Part shown: piece by piece, positions 20,101-29,100 of the stretch | Numbering within the stretch: position 1 is the stretch's first letter | Layout of the letters: each line of letters opens with the position of its first letter | Assembly: GCF_007748075.1 (NCBI RefSeq) | Contig: NZ_CP036280.1 | Location: forward strand, 360,001 to 392,000 | DNA: 32,000 bases | Direction of reading: 5' to 3' | Source: Mucisphaera calidilacus | GTDB taxonomy: Bacteria; Planctomycetota; Phycisphaerae; Phycisphaerales; Phycisphaeraceae | Notes under the pieces: generated by a model | The model's database searches: none | Told to the model about the DNA's origin: nothing | The model's input: only the letters and a program-made list of their open reading frames with translations | Position numbers and translations under genes: made by a program

Positions 20101-23100
20101 CGACGGCAACGACACGCTCTCCGGCGGCTCGGGCGTCAACACGCTCATCGGCAACAGCGGCGACGACCGACTCACCGGCGGCGACCAAGCCGATGTCATC
20201 GACGGCGGCACCGGCGTCGACACGCTCAACGGCGGGGCCGGTATCGAGACTTATATCTTCGGCGACGGCTTCGGTGAGGACCGCTTCCAGGACACCTCCG
20301 ACGCCAGCATCCTCGACTTCTCCGCGCTCTCGGACGACATGGACGTTCGCATCACCGAGAGCCTGGTTCAGATCGCCACTGATTCCGAAGAGCTGCGTAT
20401 CAGCCGCCCGAATATCAGCACGATCATCCTCGGTTCGGGCAACGACAACATCAGGCTCAGCGAGCTCGCTGAGGGAACGCTCATGCTTGAGGACACCGGC
20501 GGCGCCAATACCTACACCCTCGAGATGCAGGCCCAGACCAACAACAAGGGCGACGCCATCGTCCAGATCATCGACAGCGATGATCAGCACGACGAGCTGA
20601 TTCTCAACAATCTCGTCGGCATCAATCCCGACGACGTCGGCGACGACGTCATCTATATCAACAACATGGAGATTGAGAGCGGACGCCAGTTCGTCCGGTT
20701 CGACAACAGCCTCGAGCTGATCACCATGAACGTCGTCGACTCCTCGATCGACGACACCGCCACCACCACCGACTTCGCCTCCGACCTCACGATCGACTCG
20801 AACCACGGCGGCGGAGCGATCATTGGCCAGTCGGGGCTCTACGTCAACGCACGCAACCTGACGGTGCTCTCCAGCCTGGACGGGCGTGATTTCGTCTTTG
20901 ATGTCGAGACCGATTTCGTTCTGGAGGGCAACGTCCACGCCACCGGCGAGTTCGATGTTGCTGCCAATACGGTCGGCACGCTGTCAACGCTCGGCGAGGT
21001 GGCCTACAACATCGACGCCAACGACATGGACTGGCACATCCGGGTCAGCGACGTCAACGTCACCGGCAACCTCAACGCCATCAACAACGGTCGCATCGCG
21101 ATCACCGCCGACAGCACGGACACCGGCGCGGGCGAAGAGGCCAACATCACCCTCCACAACGACGTCACCAGCGGCTCGGGCGACAACGCCGACCAGCTCG
21201 GCGGCGGCGAGTTGGAGTTCATCGCCTCCGGCGACATCACCCTCGAGAACCAGCCCGCCTTCCTTGGTGCCGGCTCCCACCTCATTCTCGCGGCCGACAA
21301 CATCTTCAACGATGACGCGCCTGACAACCGCATCGTCACCACCGTCGGCGGCATCACCGTCCTCACCCGCGACGAGGGAGCTGTCAGCGGCAGCGAGATC
21401 ATCATCCGCGAGACCGACGACCTTGTTGTCTATGGTCTGGACATCGCCGATAACGGCGCACTCAACCCGGTCGGTCTCTCTTCTGCGCATGGCGAGATCG
21501 ACGTCCGACTCGCCGCCGTCGACGCGCGCCTGACGCTCGACTCCGGCAGCATCGTGACTCGTGACCCCGGCCTCGATATCACCCTGACCGCCGACGACTT
21601 CGACTTCCTCCCGGCACCCGACGCACGCTCTGACGAGCCGGACCGCGCGATCGGCGGCATCATCGGCACGGGCGACCTCATCATCCGCGCCACGAACGCT
21701 TCGCGCTTTGTCATGGGCACCGCGGCCGAGGCCCCCGAGGGCAACGACTGGACCGACATCGCCGCCGACTTCCCTGACTTCACCAACTACCCGGGTCACG
21801 TAGGCGGCAACTTCACCGGCGAGGGTCTTGAGGCCACCTACGACGAGGACGGCTCGCTCTTCACGGATACCGTTCACCTCTCCACGCGCGACCTCTCCGC
21901 GATTGCGGACGGTTTCAGCCTGATCACGATCGGCGAGGACGTCGGCGACACGAACCCGACCTACGAGATGATCTTCGGCGATGCCATGGACGCCCAGGTC
22001 GTCAAGGACACGGGTCTCGACCGCGTCCGGGACTCGTCCTTCCGCGACGACGTCATCCTCAACGCCGAGCGCATCTTCATCGAGGGCGAGGTCGAGGCCA
22101 TCGCGCCGCTCGGCCAGTCCGCGATTCTGTTCGACGTCAACACCGACCGGCTGCACATCAAGTCGAAGAACATCAACAACCCGCTCGGCGGCACGGACTC
22201 GGGTATCACCGGCGACCTGCTCAACCTGCTCGGTGTTCGCAACCGCATGATTGTCGACGGCTGGGTCCGCACCGACGGCGACATCATGGTCAACATCCAG
22301 GGCGACGGCGAGGATTATGCGTCGCCGATGATGAGCGACGTTGCGTATCTCGACCCGAAGCGACTCAACAACTTCATCCAGGGTGTCGCGGGCACTCTCG
22401 AGACCAACGCCGACGGCGGCGTCATCGAGATCATCACGAAGAACTCCGTTGTCCTCGAAGGACGCAGCTTCGTCAACGGCACCGGCTCGCGCATCACCAT
22501 CACGCCTGGCACCTTCTTCGAGCTCGTCCAGATCGCCGGTTCGATCCAGGCGCCCGACGCGGAGGCTCTCGTCGAGATCAGCGCGCCCGAGGCCGTGTAC
22601 ATCAACGGCGAGATCCTCGCGGGTGCTGCCTATGACGGCGGCGTCAAGCGACTGACGGGCGTCGGGGCCGACGTCGTCATCGACACACCCCACGAGCTCC
22701 GCATCTTCGGCGCGATCACCTCCAGCGACGTCCTCGAACTCACCGCCGGAACCGATCAGGACTACAACCAGCGCGACCCCGAGGACGCCTCCATCCACCT
22801 CACCGGTCAGCTCACCTTCCTCGGCGACAACAGCCTCCTCCGACTCGAAGGTCCCGACGACATCCTCATCGAGGGCAGCATCTTCGGCCGAGGCGACAAC
22901 TCCGGCCTCCTCATCGACTCTCAGCAGCGGGTCAAGTTCGCCACCTCGTTCGTCGAGGTTGAGGACGGCATCGACATCTACGGCCGCGGCCAGACCGTCG
23001 ACCTCGAGACCGGCGAACTGAGCTCCGTCTACATCGCGCCTACCGCGGTTATCACCTCTTTCGATGCCGGCAGCGACATCAACATCACGGGCGCTAACGA

Positions 23101-26100
23101 CGTCGACGTCCTCGGCACCGTCGTCGCAGGCGGTTCCATCGGTCTCACCGGCGTCACCTGGTCCGGGCCTGACTCACACGCCACCGTGACCGCCGGCGAG
23201 CAAGTCGTCATCGACTCCGGCATCCTGGCCAGCGACACTGTCACCATCATCGGCGGGGCGGCCAGCGCCGACGACGTCAGTCTCGATCCCGACAACGCCG
23301 GTCTCCCGGTGAATGATCAGCGGCGTGTCAGCGTCATCGTCACCACCGCGGGCGGCATCACCGCAGCCGGACGCACCTCCGACAACACACCGGGCGAAAT
23401 CAACATCTACGGCCAGTCCGGCGTCGAGATGATGGGTCACCTCTACGCGGGTGCCAACCGATCTCTCCTCTTCGACACCCAGGGCAACCTCATCCGTGAG
23501 GAGATCGACTGGTCCGGCAGCGTCGGTGGCAACGTCAATATTGAGTCGCCGGCTGAGGTCTTCATCGGCGGCTTCGCCGAGAACCTCAACAACCAGGTCC
23601 AGCTTGGCGCGAACGTCAACCTCCAGATCGATACCACCGGCAACGGCGTCTCCAACGGCTCGGTCGGCGTCAACGCCGCCGTCACCGCCAGCAACCAGAG
23701 CCTCAGCCAGCTACGCGACGACGTCGCCACCCCGCTCGCCTCCGCCTTCGGGTCCGACGTCGAGGTCATTGTCCGCGACAACAAGCTCGTCTTCACTTCC
23801 GCCGACCCCTTCACCATCCTCAGCAGCTCGTCCAACAAGGACCTGCTCGGCCTCGGTGGGGGCAACCTCGTTGCCTCCGAGATCATCGCCATCGCCGGCA
23901 CGACCGCCGACGCGGCACCCGCCGGCTTCGACTTCTCTGCCGGCTCCGACGTTGTCCTTCGTTTTAACGACGGTAACGGCGACGCGCTCGGCGAGGTCAC
24001 CATTGCCGCCGCCGACACCGCCGGCCTCACGACACTCTCCGAGCTCGCCGACCTCGTTCGCCAGACCGTGCGTGACGTCGAGGATCTCCGCGATATCAAC
24101 GTCACCACCGAAAGCGGCTCGATCCGCTTCACCAGCTTCTACGACTTCCAGATCGACCAGTCCTCCGTCAACGCCGACACCCTCGGCTTCACCACCGTCG
24201 CAGCGGCCACCGTCGCCTCCACCCGCGACGCCTCCACCTACGAGGTCACCGCCGCCAACGCGCTCTTCGGCGACGTCGTCGTCACCGGCGGCTACATCGC
24301 CGCCAGCACCGAGGTCAACCTCCGCAACATCGACACCGCCGAACACCCCTACGCAGGCGGCGACACGGGCGTCTGGATCGAGGCCTCCAGCGAGATCTCC
24401 ACCAACGACGACTTCAGCACCGTCAACATCGACGCGAAGAACGATGCCCTCATCGAGGGTCATATCATCGCGGGCGGTGAGTTCGAGACCATCCGCGACG
24501 CCCAGACCGGTGCCTTCATCGGCACGCGCCTGATCGACTTCGGGCTCGACGCCGCCAACACTGAGATCCGCATCGAGGCCGAGAAGCAGGTCCGCATCGG
24601 CACCGTCCTCCGGGCCGGCGGACTCATCGAAGTCATCGGCGGCGACCCCGGCGAGGACGACCCCGATGACCTCTTCGACTTCGGCAGCAGCAGCGTGCTC
24701 GTCTTCGGCTCAGCCGAGCTCGAGACCTGGGGCGAGAACAGCACCATCCTCCTCAAGGGCGCCAAGGACATCAGCGTCCTCACGCCGACCCACTTCCACC
24801 AGGTCGAGCCTGATACGTGGGCCAAGGGACCGGTCGCCACGATCGTTGCCGACGGCGAAGTACGGAACTTCGGCGTCCTCGCCTCCGACGTCGTCCTCGA
24901 GATGCGCCGCGGCAAGGGTCTCAGCGCGGTCACCGAGACCATCACCGTCAGCGCCGTCGACGCCGGCACCGACCTCGCTCTCTTCAACCACGTCCAGGCC
25001 GCCTTCGACAGCAGCACCGAGTTCCAGGACGTCTTCGTCAACCGCATCGGCCGACACATCATCTTCGAAGCGCCCTACGACTTCGAGATCCTCCCCGAGT
25101 CCACCAACCTCGACCTGCTCGGCCTCGAGACCGCGCGATCCTCCATCGTCTTCTACCAGCCTGCCGAGATCGCCGGCACCGACGACCTCGCCACCACCGG
25201 CCGACTCGTCTCCGATGTCACTCTTGACCTAGAGCTCGAGGACGGCCTCGGCGGGACGATCACCGGCACCGTCGATATCCTCGCCTCCGCCACGACCGCG
25301 AACAGCACCGTCGCTGACCTAATCGCCGACATCAACAACGCGCTCGACGCCTCGGCCTTCGGAGCCATCAACGTCATCGCACGCGACAACCGTCTCGTCT
25401 TCCAGACCGACGACCTCGACTTCTCCATCACTTCATCCTCGACCAACGTCAACCAGCTCGGCCTCCGCGGCGTCTGGGACACCGTCGAGCTCCGCGAGGA
25501 AGCCACCCTTACCGGCTCCGACAGTCTGCCGACCACAGGCGTGCTGCCCCGCGACCTCGTCCTGGTCATCCGTATCGACGCCACCGACGTCGACGACACC
25601 CTCCTCGGCGCCATCATCCTGACCCCCGCCGACACAGCCGGCAACACCACCCAGCAGGACCTCGTCGACGACCTCAACGCCAAACTCGCGGCCACCGACA
25701 TCCCGCGCTACGAGACCCAGCTCACCTTCGCCGACTACCTCACCGCCACACTCGACAACGGTCACGTCGTCATCACCGGCACCGAGGCCTTCCGCCTCCG
25801 CACCGCCTCGCAGAACGAGACCCTCCTCGGCTACGACGCCCCCGTCGACCTGCCCGCCACCGAGATCTTCTACGACGCCATCCTCACCGCCGACACCACC
25901 CCGCCCAGCCCCGTCCTCAGCTCCCCCGTCACACTCGAGCTCGTCATCGACCGCTTCGGCGTCATCAGCAACGAGACCCTCACCGTCACGCCCGACGCCA
26001 CCAACGCCACCACACAGGACCTCGTCGACGACATCAACACCGAGCTGGTCCTCCTCGGCATCAACGACCTCGAAGCCCGCGACAACGCCGGCACCATCGA

Positions 26101-29100
26101 GTTCGTCGCCCACAACGACTTCACCATCGAGCAGACCTCCACCAACGCCAACCTCCTCGGCCTGACCACGGTCCACGGCGGAGCCGACGTCAGCGCCACC
26201 CGCGCCGACTCCATCCACCAGCTCACCGCCGGCAACGCCCTCTGGTCCACCGGTGTCCTCGCCGAAGACGTCACCCTCAACCTCACCACCACCGACTCCG
26301 ACGACAACGTCGTCAACACCACCGTCACCATCGCCCGCTCCGCCACCGACGGGACCGACGGCAACACCCGGAACACCACCCACGACGACCTCGCCGACGA
26401 CGTCACCGACGCCCTCGCCGCCGCCGGGCTCGACATCACCGCCCGCGTCGATACCGGCAGCCTCGTCCTCGCCAGCGACACGCTCGACATCACCGTCCTC
26501 GGCACAAGCAGCTCCTCCGACCTCCTCGGCCTCGCCGACGCCTTCAACGGGATCGACGAAACATCCGTCCGCCCGCCCTCCGTCTACGAGCTCACCACCG
26601 AGACCACCGCCACCACCGGCGTCCTCGCCGACAACGTCACACTCGACCTCGTCATCGCCCTCGAAGACCCCAACCAGCAGACCATCCAGTCCCTCGAATC
26701 CAACGACGGCTGGGAGATCCTCACCGGCCAGATCGACCCCGACCTGCCCGAGATCGCCAGCCGCACCATCGACAACGTCGTCAGCGCCAGCGTCACCATC
26801 TTCCGCGACGACACGCTCACCAACGCCACGCTCGACGACATCGCCGACGACATCAACGAAGCCCTTATCCGCAGCGAGCTCCGCGACTTCACCGCCTCCG
26901 TCGAATCCGGACGCATCCTCATCAGCAGCGGCCGAGCCTTCGCCCTCCAGCTCACCTCCGAGAACGCCAACCTCCTCGGCCTCACCGCGATCGCCGACCC
27001 CGAAACCGAGGCCACCCGCGACGACCCGACCAACCGTGTCGAGCCGCGCGACACGATGATCAACGGACGCCTCGCCGAGGACATCACCCTCCGCTTCGCG
27101 CTCGACGACGGCCTCGGCGGCACCTGGAACGGCAACGTGATCATCGCCGCCGCCGACACCAACGGCATCACACCCGGCACCGCGGCCAACAACGGCGTCA
27201 GCGACCTCATCATCGACATCAACAAGGCTCTTGCTGACACCGCCATCCCCGGCCACCCGGGCAACCTCATGTTCGGCGATGTCGTCCAGGCCGTCGCCCT
27301 CGCCGGAGATGCCGCCGCCTCCGACGACACCCCGCCCGCACCGAGCATCATGTTCGTCAGCGACGCCGGCTTCACCATCGACAGCCAGGCCGCCGACGCC
27401 CTCAGCCAACTCGGATTCAACACCGGCACGCTCGGCTCCGCCGCTTCTACGCCCGGCTATGAGGTCACCGCCGAGAGCGTGCTGCCCGGTGGTCACCAGA
27501 CCGCTGGCGACGTCACCCTCACCCTGCTCATCGACGTCGGCCTCACCAGCACCGTCACCATCCCGCAGGCCGACACCCTCACCAACGCCAGCCTCGGCGA
27601 ACTCCTCGCCGATATCCGCGCCGCGCTCCAGCAGGGCGAGGTTCTCAACACCGGCGACAGCTCGCCCACAGGCTCCTACGCCAGCCAGTACATCCAAGCC
27701 ACCGCCCTCAACGGCACTCTGACTCTTGCGAGTGACGTTGCCTTCACCATCGACGCCAGCGCATCGACCAACGCTCAGCATCTGGGCCTCGACGCCGTCT
27801 CCCTCGGGACCGACGCCGTTGCTACTCAGCCGGCCCCGACCGAGAACCTCGTCGCCGACACCCCGCTGCCCGCCAGCTACGCCCTCACCGACGACGTCAC
27901 CCTCGAACTCCGCCTCAAGACCTCCGACACCACCGAGTCCAGCCACACCGTCACCATCACCGCCGCCGCGGCCAGCGACAACACCTCCGTCGACGACCTG
28001 ATCACCGACATCAACAACGCCCTCGTCGCCGCCGTCGGCGACACCTCCGTCCAGGTCAGCCTCGACGACGCCGGCAAGATCATCTTCACCGGCACCGAGG
28101 CCTTCCGCATCAACTACGCCTCCGAGAACGAGTCGCTCCTCGGCTTCGCACCGATGCCCAACGACGGCATCGTCGCCAACAAGTCCTCCGACACCGGCGA
28201 GCTCCCCGAAGACGTCACCTTCGTCGTCTGGGTCAACCTCGGCACACAGAAGATCGTCGGTGAGGTCACCGTGCCCGCCGAGATCACGCTCACCAACAAC
28301 AGCAACGAGGGCATCGGCGACCTCGTCGACGACATCCAGGACGCTCTCAACGGCGCCGTCACCTTCGATCCGGGCGACGGCCTCCGCAACGGACTCAGTG
28401 GCGGCAGCTACTACGACGCACAGACCGGCGACCCGTTCGACTTCGCCGACTTCGCCGACAACCCCGTTACCGTCGGTGGCGACGCCGACCCGATCATCAA
28501 GGTCAAGCTCCTCCGCGGAAAACTCCTCTTCACCAGCCAGTACGAGTTCGAGATCCTCCCCACCTGGAACACCGCTCCCTTCGACAGCGACCCGCTCGTC
28601 AGCAGCAACATCGAGCTCCTCGGACTCGACGCCGTCGCCGAGGGCCTCACCGCCGAGACCACACGTCCCTACAACCTCATTGCTACAGCGGCCGGCTCAC
28701 AGGTCGTCTTCGAGACCGAGTCCAACGCCGGCGAGCTCTACATCGCGGGTGGCGTCCGCTCCGACAGCCAGATCGTCATGCAGGGCGTCAACGGCGGCGA
28801 CTTCACCTCCTTCGACTTCGACTGGTCCGGCATCATGGAGACCACCAACGGTCCCATCATGCTCGACCTCGGAACCAACGGACACCTCCGCGGCGACCTG
28901 ATCGCCGGCGGCGCCAACGGCGACGTCATCATCACCGCCGACGACACTCTCGAGATCAGCGGCATCATCGTCGCCGAACGCAACATCGACATCGACGCCG
29001 GCTTTGTCGCAGCGGCCTCGGGCGACCCGGTCAGCGTCACCATCAACAAGACGGCATGGCTCCGCACCAACGGCGGCCCGCTCGATCCGCAGGCCATTAC

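Noticed and set aside
15683-20938. 1,751-aa minus-strand ORF, the longest entry in the supplied track.
   Set aside because: It is an antisense shadow of the frame-2 giant ORF. Its translation is low-complexity V/D/E/G/R/A-rich with no recognisable motifs. The sense frame over the same bases encodes RTX GGxGxD repeats and a module collinear with 11020-12715. C-rich sense codons almost never create stops on the opposite strand.
23665-28627. The regular recurrence of short conserved strings (ctcctcggcctc, gacctcgtcgacgacatcaac) could suggest a CRISPR-like or other non-coding repeat array.
   Set aside because: Spacing is irregular (330-480 nt) and the repeats are conserved at the protein level rather than the nucleotide level. 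They lie in one continuous open frame, so they are protein domain repeats.
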